From an uncultured Planctomycetaceae bacterium (GTDB taxonomy: Bacteria; Planctomycetota; Planctomycetia; Isosphaerales; Isosphaeraceae): DNA of 64,000 nt. The position numbers and the translations under genes are program-made. Of this stretch, positions 31,131 through 40,132 are shown piece after piece (within the stretch, counting starts at the first letter, position 1; the number at the start of each line of letters is the position of its first letter). The notes under the pieces were generated by a model. It was not told the origin of the DNA, made no database searches, and worked only from the letters and a program-made list of their open reading frames with translations. The stretch covers positions 1 through 64,000 of the forward strand of contig CAWIAD010000002.1 in assembly GCA_963833985.1 (NCBI GenBank), read 5' to 3'.

Positions 31131-32387
31131 TCAATCCTCTGGCGCGGAGCCTCCGTTGCCGATTCCGGCCAGGCGGGTCCATGACGCCGGCCCATGGAAT
31201 GCCGATCCGAGCGCTGCATACCTCGTCATCTTTTGCACGATCGTGGGCTCGCCCTGGCTCCTGCACCAGCCGAAGAGACCGCCGCGGCCGGCCGGAAACC
31301 CAAGGCCCAGGACGACCCCGGTATCGACATCGGCCGGGCTCCGGGCGATACCCTCGTCCACCGCCCGCACGGCCTCCAGGAGCATGGGCAGGAACAGCCG
31401 ATCGGTGATCGTCGGGGCGTCCGGTGACGCTTCGTGGCCCGGATGCGGCCGCCGATGCCGCGCCAGGATGGCCGCGAATTCCGGGTCGGGACCGGGGACT
31501 GGACGGGCCCCGATGCCGTCATACCTGCGCAAGCCGGCCCCGGACTTCTGGCCAAGACGGCCCAGGCGCACCAGCTCGTCCAGCAGCGGGCAGGTCGAGG
31601 CCCGGTCCGGGTAGCCCTCGGCCATGATCCGGAAGATGGCCTGGACCGTGTCCAGGCCAATGAAGTCCAGCAGCGCGATCGGGCCGGTCGGCATGCCGAA
31701 CGCCACGGCCGCGGCATCGATGGCGTCCATCTCCGTCCCTTCCCGCAGCAGCCCGAGCGCCTGGTTCAGGTACGGGTAAAGCACACGGGTGACCAGGAAG
31801 CCGGGACAGTCGCGCACCACAATGGGCCTCTTGCCCAGGGCGCGGGCAAGCTCCACCAGCCGGTGGACCGTGGCGTCGGTCGTCTGGTCGCCGCGGATCA
31901 CCTCGACCAGCTCCATCCGCTGCGCCGGGTGAAAGAAATGCATGCCGGCAAACCGGTCCGGGTGAACGTACGCCCGGGCCATCCGCGAGATCGGTATCGT
32001 CGAGGTATTGCTGGCCAGGACCGCCTCGTCGTGGAGAATCCCCGCGAGCTGCCGGAACAGGCTCGTCTTGATGGCCTCGTTCTCGGTCACCGCCTCGATC
32101 ACCACCTGGCAGCCGGCGAGTGCCGCGGGGCTGGAGGAGGAAGAGAGAAGCGCGCCGATCCGCAGGTTTTCCGCGTCACCCGCCGGGTCCTGAGGGCGCG
32201 TGCCGCGCGGCTTGCCGCGGCCGGGCGCTAGCTGAAGGGCACGCGCCAGGCCGGATTCGAGGACCTGCGCATTCACGTCCACCAGGGTGGTGGCCATGCC
32301 CGACCGGAGCAACGCGGCCGCGATCCCCGCGCCCATCTGCCCGGCGCCCAGCACCCCCACTCGAACGGCCGTCGGCTGCATGGCCAT
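31131..32387 (-). CDS. 3-hydroxyacyl-CoA dehydrogenase family protein
   Basis: Motifs VLGAGQMGAGIA, VIEAVTEN, ASNTSTIPI, GMHFFHP and GRLGQKSGAG. Confidence 0.92.
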   Translation of the reverse strand: MAMQPTAVRVGVLGAGQMGAGIAAALLRSGMATTLVDVNAQVLESGLARALQLAPGRGKPRGTRPQDPAGDAENLRIGALLSSSSSPAALAGCQVVIEAVTENEAIKTSLFRQLAGILHDEAVLASNTSTIPISRMARAYVHPDRFAGMHFFHPAQRMELVEVIRGDQTTDATVHRLVELARALGKRPIVVRDCPGFLVTRVLYPYLNQALGLLREGTEMDAIDAAAVAFGMPTGPIALLDFIGLDTVQAIFRIMAEGYPDRASTCPLLDELVRLGRLGQKSGAGLRRYDGIGARPVPGPDPEFAAILARHRRPHPGHEASPDAPTITDRLFLPMLLEAVRAVDEGIARSPADVDTGVVLGLGFPAGRGGLFGWCRSQGEPTIVQKMTRYAALGSAFHGPASWTRLAGIGNGGSAPED

Positions 32388-32440
32388 GGTGCGGAACCTC
32401 CAGGTGTGGGTGCTATGCGACGATCCGGAAAATCAGTGCT

Positions 32441-33556
32441 TCAGGTCTGCGGCGTGAACAGGATGACCTCCACTCGCTGCGCAGGAAGCTGAGCGGTGGC
32501 CGGCTCTTGCAGCCTGGGGACCTGGTTGCCGAAGCCGACCGCGGCCACCTTGCGCGAGTGGAACCAGCCTGCCGAGTCGATGCCGTGCTTTTCCACCAGG
32601 TACTTGCGCACGCAGTCCGCCTGCTCCTGGGTCAGGACCTCGGCCAGGTCGGCATCGCTGCCGCCGCTGGTGAATGCGGCGATGACCACCTCGGACCGCG
32701 GCTGGCTGGCCCGCTTGCACCACCGGCCGACCTCGTCCAGATGGGCGCGGCCCGTGGGGGTGAGGATCGCCCGGCCCGGCTCGAACAGGTCCTCGGCCCG
32801 CAACAGCCGGCTGTCCTTGCGGGCCCCGGGCTGGTAGAGCACCTTCTCACGCTCGAAGTAGGAGCGAGAATCGAAATAGCGCGAAAGCGGCCAGGTGCGC
32901 TTCAGGGCGGCCAGGTTGTCCTCCATTGCCGAGACTGTCCGTTCGCCCCTGTGGGTGAGTGAAACCAGGTTGTCGTACGCGGCCTCGTCACGGACAAGCT
33001 TGCCCAGCGATCCCTTCCCCTCGCGGACCGAGGCCGCTATGGCGGTCATCTCCTCAAGGCCGGTGCGGGCGGTGCCAGCCAGCTCGTCGAGCTTCTGGAG
33101 CGAGGCGCTGGTGCGCTTCATGAGGTCGCTCAGCTCCACCGGCGGCTCGGACGTGATGGCCCCTCCTTCGGCAACCTGGGGCGCATCGGGCCGGCCAGGG
33201 GTGATCTCCACGACCCGGGCGCCCACCATCCCCTCCGCCAGGATGCGCGCCACCGCGTCCGTGCGGACAAGTGGATACAACCGCTGGTCCAGCCGCAGGA
33301 CCAGCTCCACCGGCTGTCCGGGCTCACGCGGGGGGACCACCTGCTCGACCACCCCGGCATCAATACCCTGCAACCGCACCCGATGCCCAGCCTCCAGGCC
33401 GCTGATCGACGAGAAGCTCGCCCGGACCTGGAACGTCGGCTGAACGTGCCAGCGCTTCAGTGCCACCTGGTACAGGCCGAAGCCACCGAGCGCCAGGACG
33501 GCCAGGGCGAAGCTTGCATTGGCCAGTATCCGCCACCGAGCCATGTCACGCCTCAT
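32441..33556 (-). CDS. mlaD: MlaD/MCE family protein with C-terminal OmpA-like domain
   Basis: N-terminal TM; SISGLEAGHRVRLQGIDAGVV and EGMVGARVVEITPG; C-terminal LFEPGRAILT...QADCVRKYL...AVGFG...RVEVILF. Confidence 0.85.
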   Translation of the reverse strand: MRRDMARWRILANASFALAVLALGGFGLYQVALKRWHVQPTFQVRASFSSISGLEAGHRVRLQGIDAGVVEQVVPPREPGQPVELVLRLDQRLYPLVRTDAVARILAEGMVGARVVEITPGRPDAPQVAEGGAITSEPPVELSDLMKRTSASLQKLDELAGTARTGLEEMTAIAASVREGKGSLGKLVRDEAAYDNLVSLTHRGERTVSAMEDNLAALKRTWPLSRYFDSRSYFEREKVLYQPGARKDSRLLRAEDLFEPGRAILTPTGRAHLDEVGRWCKRASQPRSEVVIAAFTSGGSDADLAEVLTQEQADCVRKYLVEKHGIDSAGWFHSRKVAAVGFGNQVPRLQEPATAQLPAQRVEVILFTPQT

Positions 33557-33737
33557 GAGACGCCACCCCCTGGAAACGAACACGGGCCGGTACGGAGATC
33601 GAATCCATGGAAGACACGCGGGCTTCGTCAATCATGCGTTCCCTACCCGCACCTGGGCAAGAGACCGCGCACCGGACACAGCTCTCATTCCTGGAACTCG
33701 ATACGCAAACCCAGTTCCAGCACGCGCCGGTCTCTGC

Positions 33738-34523
33738 TCAGAGCGAACTCCAGCCGAGGGCCTCCGTGGCCAGTTGGATGCACGGGACCATCACGGCATT
33801 GGCGGCAAAAACGGCGAGCGTGGCCAGCACCACGCCGCGCGTCGCGGCGCGGCCCACGGCCTCGGTGGAGCGGTCAGCGTTCAGGCCGGTCCAGCAGCCA
33901 AGCAGACCCACAAGCAGGCCGAAGACCGTGGTTTTGAGTGTGGCCGGAACCACGTCCGAGATCCGCAGAAAGACCAGCGATTCCCGCCAGAAGAGCCAGG
34001 GCGAAAGCTTGCCCGCGGCGGTCTCGGCCGCCAGGGCCCCGCCCAGGGCCGACGCGTTGATGAGCACCGTCAGTAATGGGACGGCCAGCGCGCAGGCGAT
34101 CGCTCGGGGTGCCACCAGGCCGGGTATCGGGTCCGCGCCAAGCACGATCCGGGCGTCAATTTCCTCGTTCAGGCACATCGACCCGAGCTCAGCGGCCAGG
34201 CCGGCGCCCATCCGGCTGGCGACCAGGACTCCGGCCAGCAGCGGGCCGAGCTCCACAACCACCGCGACGGCCAGGAAGCTGGGCAGGGCCGCCTCGGCGC
34301 CCTGGGCTACCAGCAGCCGGTGCGTCTGGAACCAGGTCACCAGTCCCACGCTCGCGCCGGCTCCAACCAAGATCGGCAAGCTCTTCACGGCCACCTGCTC
34401 GAACTGCCAGACCACCTCGCCCGACCGGGTCATGAGAGCGGCGGGCAGCGCCGCCAGGGTGCGGGCCGCAAACTCGACAAACCGCCCGAACCGCTCGAGC
34501 TGCCCGACCCCCAGCGCGATCAT
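33738..34523 (-). CDS. mlaE: MlaE family ABC transporter permease
   Basis: Motifs ELGPLLAGVL, AAELGSM, EEIDARIVLGADPI and VGRAATRGVV. Confidence 0.9.
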   Translation of the reverse strand: MIALGVGQLERFGRFVEFAARTLAALPAALMTRSGEVVWQFEQVAVKSLPILVGAGASVGLVTWFQTHRLLVAQGAEAALPSFLAVAVVVELGPLLAGVLVASRMGAGLAAELGSMCLNEEIDARIVLGADPIPGLVAPRAIACALAVPLLTVLINASALGGALAAETAAGKLSPWLFWRESLVFLRISDVVPATLKTTVFGLLVGLLGCWTGLNADRSTEAVGRAATRGVVLATLAVFAANAVMVPCIQLATEALGWSSL

Positions 34524-34799
34524 GGGCCTTCCTCTTCCACCTGGATGAGAGCGTGTTCCACCCTGACGCGAGGCGACGGCGATCAGGTCTCGCGGCACCG
34601 GCTCCAGGAATTTGCCTCAAAGATCTTCGGTCGTCGCGAGCGGCGATTCGACGGATTCTCGCGCTCGCGGCCGGATCGGGCCGGCTCTTGCCGTGCCCTT
34701 TGGCCATCATTGCGTTAATCTTGATCGCTCGGGTGATGTCTCGGCGAGGGGAACCTGCCAGGGTCCTCCCTGAACCGATCCTCGACGCAGGACCTTCTT

Positions 34800-36578
34800 G
34801 TGATGGACGTGAGCGCGGAGAACGAGCCGGCGGCACCTCCCTGGGAGACTTTCGTGCTGGCCTCGTGCGCGGATCTGGCACGCTTCCCCCAGGTTCACCT
34901 GGCGCCCAGGTTCCCTCCGGGGCGTTCCAACCTGGCGCTGAAGGTTCCCTTGCCGCTCGCGGACGACGAGCTCCTGGTGGCACTGATCGAGGACGAGTCG
35001 GCCGGTGCGCGCACCGAGATCGTCCTCACCACAGCGCGGCTCTACTGGTCGGAGCCCGAGCCGGCCCCGCAAGGCGGACGCGGCAGAAGAGCCGCCGTGT
35101 CCATCCGCACCTACGGCATGGATTACGCGCTGATCGCGCCGGATGCCTGCACCGTCTCCACCACCGCCGAAGGGACGCGGATCGAGCTGGCGGCCGGCCG
35201 ATCACTCGCGATGCACGGCGCCGGGCGCGACCTGCCCGAAGCGCTGGCCGCCTACCTCAGGCGGGTGCGCGACGCCGCCGTCCGAAGAGAACCGCCCCGG
35301 CTCAACGGGTTTGATCCCGCGCTGCTGCAACGGATCGAGCGGGCGTTTCCCCGGATCGTCGAGGTGACGCAGCGAACGCGCACCCTGTGCAACGATCTGC
35401 TGACATTTCGCAGGGACCTGCTGGCGGCGACGGCGCATGTGGTGGTCACTCCGGTGCTGGTGGCGTCCTGCGTCGCCGTTTACCTGCTGATGCTGCTGCG
35501 TGGGGTCGACCCGCTGCTCCCCTCGGCCGGGCAGCTCCTCGCCTGGGGCGCCAACGACGGGTCGCGCGTGGTGCTCCGGCACGAGGTGTGGCGGCTGCCC
35601 GCCAGCGTGTTCATCCACGGCGGCCTGATCCATCTGGCCGTGAACATGTGGTGCCTGCTCAACATCGGCCCGCTCATCGAACGGCTCTTCGGCAACGCCG
35701 CCACGGCCCTGATCTATCTGGCCGCGGGCGCCGGCGGGGCGATCGCCAGCATGGCGACGCTGCCTCCCCGCGTCAGCGTGGGTGCCTCGGGGGCGATCTT
35801 CGGACTGCTGGGAGCGCTCCTGGCCTTCCTGCTGATCAATCGCCGCTCGGTGCCCGCCACCGTGTTCCGCCCCTTGCGATCGAGCGCCCTGGGCTTCGTG
35901 GCCTTCAACACGCTCTTCGCCGCGATGGTGCCGAACATCGATCAATCGGCTCACCTGGGCGGCCTGGCCACCGGATTCCTGGGCGGCCTGGCGCTGGTGC
36001 GGCCATGGCCCGTGGTGCACTCGGCCGGCATGCGGCTGCGGCGCGTGCTGCTGGGGTCGCTGCTGGCGGCATGCGTCATCGCCGCGGGCGTGGGCGTCAT
36101 CCGATGGCGCGAGCGGACCTTACCTCCCCGGGTCCGGCTGGCGGACTTCAAGGACCAGGCGGCCACGGCGATCTCCGAGTTCGACGCGATCTCGCGTTCC
36201 CTGCCCGAGGTCCACAGGCTGCTGGAAGGCGCTGGGGACGACTCGACGCGGCAAAAGCTGGGCGCGGCACTGCGCGAAATCGAGCCGCGGGCGAGCTCGA
36301 ATCTCGATCGGCTGCGGCGCATCACCACCCCGGATCCCGGCCTACAGCAGCTCCGCCAGGCCCTCATCGACAGCCAGGCCGCCCAGGTCGCCCTCATCGC
36401 CGGAACGCGAGCGTATCTGGAGACGGGCAATTCCGACGTCCTGAACGGGCCTTCAGGCATACTCGCCAGCGCCCGCGCGACGATCCGGGCTCAGAACGAG
36501 GTCAGGGAACTCCTCCAGGACTACCTGAAGGCGAACGGCCTGGAGTCCTCGGCGAACGTGCCGCAAGACGAGGATTGA
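34800..36578 (+). CDS. Rhomboid family intramembrane serine protease with N- and C-terminal extensions
   Basis: Motifs WRLPASVFIHGGLIHLAVNM, catalytic GASG and SAHLGG. Confidence 0.93.
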   Translation: MMDVSAENEPAAPPWETFVLASCADLARFPQVHLAPRFPPGRSNLALKVPLPLADDELLVALIEDESAGARTEIVLTTARLYWSEPEPAPQGGRGRRAAVSIRTYGMDYALIAPDACTVSTTAEGTRIELAAGRSLAMHGAGRDLPEALAAYLRRVRDAAVRREPPRLNGFDPALLQRIERAFPRIVEVTQRTRTLCNDLLTFRRDLLAATAHVVVTPVLVASCVAVYLLMLLRGVDPLLPSAGQLLAWGANDGSRVVLRHEVWRLPASVFIHGGLIHLAVNMWCLLNIGPLIERLFGNAATALIYLAAGAGGAIASMATLPPRVSVGASGAIFGLLGALLAFLLINRRSVPATVFRPLRSSALGFVAFNTLFAAMVPNIDQSAHLGGLATGFLGGLALVRPWPVVHSAGMRLRRVLLGSLLAACVIAAGVGVIRWRERTLPPRVRLADFKDQAATAISEFDAISRSLPEVHRLLEGAGDDSTRQKLGAALREIEPRASSNLDRLRRITTPDPGLQQLRQALIDSQAAQVALIAGTRAYLETGNSDVLNGPSGILASARATIRAQNEVRELLQDYLKANGLESSANVPQDED

Positions 36579-36596
36579 TCGCCGCGGCACAGGCCT

Positions 36597-36686
36597 CGGG
36601 TCCGACCTGAGAATCTGGACAATGGCCCGGAAGGCCTGCTGCTCCTGGTCTTTCGACAGCCGGAGCTTGGGTGATGCGAGTGCCAT
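36597..36686 (-). pseudogene. 5' fragment of an unknown gene, cut off where it meets the rhomboid 3' end
   Basis: MALASPKLRLSKDQEQQAFRAIVQILRSDP reads like a real protein start and then degenerates into rhomboid antisense sequence. Confidence 0.35.
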
Positions 36687-36696
36687 GGAATGCTTT

Positions 36697-36801
36697 CAAC
36701 CACGAAAAAAAGGGAAACGAACCACGGAAAAGGGAAACGAACCACAGAAAACAATGCGATCAACCACAGAGATCACAGAGACCACAGAGGGAAGAGGAAA
36801 G
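36697..36801. repeat. Left inverted flank of the tandem array (ACCAC(A/G)GA-type short repeats)
   Basis: ACCACAGAGATCACAGAGACCACAGAGGGAAGAGGAAAG is nearly the reverse complement of part of every array unit. AACAATGCGA-n-CAACCAC is shared with the reverse complement of 37930-37950. Confidence 0.8.
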
Positions 36802-36843
36802 ACAAATCAGGAATGGTTGAATTGTTTTTTTCCTTCCGCGATT

Positions 36844-37935
36844 CTCTTCCTGTGTGTTCTCTGTGCTCTCTGTGGTTCGTTTCCCCGCTCTGTGGTTAGT
36901 TTGTAGGCGGCAGTGGGCAGTGGGCAGTTTGTAGGGTGGGTCGAGCCGCAGGCGAGGCCCACCAGGGCGGCAGTGGGCAATGGGCAGTAAGGAAACCGTT
37001 CCAGATCTTTCTTTCCTCTTCCCTCTGTGCTCTCTGTGATCTCTGTGGTTCGTTTCCCCGCTCTGTGGTTAGTTTGTAGGCGGCAGTGGGCAGTGGGCAG
37101 TTTGTAGGGTGGGTCGAGCCGCAGGCGAGGCCCACCAGGGCGGCAGTAGGCAATGGGCAGTAAGGAAACCGTTCCAGATCTTTCTTTCCTCTTCCCTCTG
37201 TGCTCTCTGTGATCTCTGTGGTTCGTTTCCCCGCTCTGTGGTTAGTTTGTAGGCGGCAGTGGGCAGTGGGCAGTTTGTAGGGTGGGTCGAGCCGCAGGCG
37301 AGGCCCACCAGGGCGGCAGTAGGCAATGGGCAGTAAGGAAACCGTTCCAGATCTTTCTTTCCTCTTCCCTCTGTGCTCTCTGTGATCTCTGTGGTTCGTT
37401 TCCCCGCTCTGTGGTTAGTTTGTAGGCGGCAGTGGGCAGTGGGCAGTTTGTAGGGTGGGTCGAGCCGCAGGCGAGGCCCACCAGGGCGGCAGTGGGCAAT
37501 GGGCAGTAAGGAAACCGTTCCAGATCTTTCTTTCCTCTTCCCTCTGTGCTCTCTGTGCTCTCTGTGGTTCGTTTTCCTTCCCCGTGGTTAGTTTGTAGGC
37601 GGCAGTGGGCAGTGGGCAGTTTGTAGGGTGGGTCGAGCCGCAGGCGAGGCCCACCAGGGCGGCAGTGGGCAATGGGCAGTAAGGAAACCGTTCCAGATCT
37701 TTCTTTCCTCTTCCCTCTGTGCTCTCTGTGATCTCTGTGGTTCGTTTCCCCGCTCTGTGGTTAGTTTGTAGGCGGCAGTGGGCAGTGGGCAGTTTGTAGG
37801 GTGGGTCGAGCCGCAGGCGAGGCCCACCAGGGCGGCAGTGGGCAATGGGCAGTAAGGAAACCGTTCCAGATCTTTCTTTCCTCTTCCCTCTGTGCTCTCT
37901 GTGCTCTCTGTGGTTCGTTTTCCTTCCCCGTGGTT
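36844..37935. repeat. Tandem array of a 173-bp unit, ~6.3 copies, near-identical
   Basis: GTAGGGTGGGTCGAGCCGCAGGCGAGGCCCACC recurs at 36931, 37104, 37277, 37450, 37623 and 37796, an exact 173-bp period. Confidence 0.97.
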
Positions 37936-38011
37936 GTTCGCATTGTTCCCTGTTCGCTCTGTGGTTCGGTTCCTTCCCCGTGGTTGTTCGCTGTTCGCTC
38001 TGAGTGGGCGA

Positions 38012-38224
38012 TCACCGCCAGGGCGCTTTGGTCGCGTCGGTGTAGGTCGCGGGCTTGCCGGCGGACTGGTCGGTCTGCTGGCCGCCGGTGTAATTGCCGG
38101 GCCGGCCGTGTGACTGGTCGGAGTCCGGGGCCGGCGCCGGCGCCGGGGGGATGTTCTCGCAGGCCGGGTCGGGGAGCGTGATCCGGCCGATGGATGCCGC
38201 AGGCTGCTTGCTGATGGCTGGCAT
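38012..38224 (-). CDS. Small hypothetical protein (70 aa)
   Basis: ATG-started ORF with GC3 bias lying between two repeat elements and co-oriented with the flanking gene fragments. Confidence 0.45.
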   Translation of the reverse strand: MPAISKQPAASIGRITLPDPACENIPPAPAPAPDSDQSHGRPGNYTGGQQTDQSAGKPATYTDATKAPWR

Positions 38225-38263
38225 GATTTAGAGCGGTTTTCACTCGGATCGCAGACTGAGACC

Positions 38264-38327
38264 GGGGGGCAGGCATTCCTGCCTGCCGGAGTATGCCTGT
38301 CCTGGCAGACAGGAATGTCTGCCCCCC
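38264..38327. repeat. Inverted REP-like pair (REPIN-like hairpin)
   Basis: GGGGGGCAGGCATTCCTGCCTGCC (38264-38287) and GGCAGACAGGAATGTCTGCCCCCC (38304-38327) are reverse complements with two mismatches. Confidence 0.8.
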
Positions 38328-38373
38328 TCTCCGAAACTCAGAAACTGCCGGCAACGCGTCAGAAAAGCGCTCT

Positions 38374-38592
38374 CTAACCTCGTCTCGTGTTGGTGATGCC
38401 CAGGGGAATGGCGATGTCCGCGAGGCCGTCGCCGTTGATGTCGGGTTCCGCGATGCACAGGGCCGCGGCCGCCTGCGCTCTCCGCATGAAGTAGCCGGCA
38501 TACTTTTCGATGCCGCTGGTCGGGCCCATCTTTGCCCGCAGGACCAGGGCGATGGCGTAAAGCGCGTTGGTGGTGACGCACTGCGCGATTCC
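38374..38592 (-). pseudogene. 3' fragment of an unknown gene with no start codon at its 5' end
   Basis: Manual translation gives GIAQCVTTNALYAIALVLRAKMGPTSGIEKYAGYFMRRAQAAAALCIAEPDINGDGLADIAIPLGITNTRRG*, with strong GC3 bias and an in-frame stop upstream at ~38640. Confidence 0.5.
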
Positions 38593-38763
38593 CCGAGACG
38601 GAGGCTCGGGCTCACTTGGAAAGGCAATGCTCTCATGCTACCCTGGCGATTCGCGCGGGCCGGCCGCGCCGGTCCCGGGCTCGTCCCTCACATCGGGGCA
38701 CGCCCCGCCGTCGTCGACTCCAAGCTGGACACCGTGGGCCTTGGCGAATCAGGAGCCATCTCC

Positions 38764-40093
38764 GTGATCACACTCCGCAGGCGGAACTGGACTTGCTTGC
38801 TCTTCCAGGCGGGAGGATTCCTCGCGGCTTGCACCACCGGTGCGAGCCCGGCGGCGGAACTGGACGACTATGTCAGGAAGCCCGATCCGGCTTTCTCCTG
38901 GAAGCAGGTCGGCAACCACACCTCGGCTGCCGGCGCCATCCATAGCATCGCCCTGACCTCTCAGGTCTGGCAGGGCATCACCTGGACCCACGAGCTGACG
39001 ATCTACGAGCCCGCGGAGCTCACTCACCGCGAGACCGCGCTGCTGTTCATCACCGGCGGAGGAACCGGAGGCAAGCCGAACGATGACGACCACAAGCGCG
39101 GGTTCACCCTGGCCAGGGTGACCGGCGCGCGGGTGGCCGTACTGCACCAGGTGCCGAACCAACCCCTGCTCGGCGATAAGACCGAAGACACGCTCATCGC
39201 CGAGACCTTCGTTCGCTTCCTGGAGACGAAGGACGGCCAGTGGCCGCTCCTCCTGCCCATGGTCAAAAGTGCGGTGCGGGCCATGGACGCCGTCCAGGCC
39301 TGGGACGGCCAGCACGGCAAGGGCGAGATCAAGCGGTTCGTCGTCACGGGAGCCTCCAAGCGTGGCTGGACCACCTGGCTCACCGGCGCGGTGGACCAGC
39401 GCGTCGTCGCCATCGCACCCATGGTCATCGTCATGCTCAACATCGGTGTCCAGGGCCCCAACCAGCTCGACGTCTGGGGTCAGTACAGCGAGCAGATCGA
39501 CGACTACGTGAAGCGCGGGCTCATGGAGCGCGCTGCGCACCGCCGAAGGCAAGGCGCTCTGGAAGCTGGTCGACCCGTTCACCTATCGCGATCGCCTGAC
39601 CATGCCCAAGATGCTGATCAACGGCTCGAACGACCGCTACTGGACCTTGAACGCTCTGGATCTGTTCTGGGATGGGCTCAAGGGTCCGAAGTACCTGGTG
39701 GAGCTGCCCAACGCCGGCCATGGCCTGGAGGCGAACCGCGAATGGGCCATCAACGGTCTGGGGGCCTTCTTCCGGCACTCGGTCACGGGCCGCGCCATGC
39801 CCGTCCTCTCATGGTCCATGAGCAATCCGGCGGCCGGCAAGGCAACCATCACGATCCAGGCCAACCCGGCACCCGTCTCGGCACGGCTCTGGACCGCGTC
39901 GTCCGCCAACCGCGATTTCCGTGAATCGAAGTGGACGCCCACAACGCTCGAGGCCGGGACGACGATCACCACTGCGATCGCGCCGCCGGCCTCGGGAAAT
40001 GTCGCAGCCTTCGCGGACCTCGAATATGCCGTCGACGGGCTGCCTTACCACCTGACGACGTCGTTCTTCGAGCCGGGCGTGCGGCCCCGGTAA
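38764..40093 (+). CDS. PhoPQ-activated pathogenicity-related (PqaA-family) alpha/beta hydrolase-like protein; frameshift near 39530
   Basis: Motifs LDDYVRKPD, LTSQVWQG, QVPNQPL, PMVKSAVRAMD and VTGASKRGWTTWL, then MPKMLINGSNDRYW and PNAGH in the next frame. Confidence 0.88.
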
Positions 40094-40132
40094 GAGCCGA
40101 GGCCAGGCCAGGCCGGGCGGTCATTCTTCATT

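Noticed and set aside
36896..37845. Five repeated 85-aa ORFs (MPTAALVGLACGS...)
   Set aside because: They are by-products of the tandem repeat: they overlap each other in shifting frames and lack an RBS or host codon bias.
36844..37935. CRISPR array
   Set aside because: Whole 173-bp units are near-identical, there are no unique spacers, and no cas genes are in the window.
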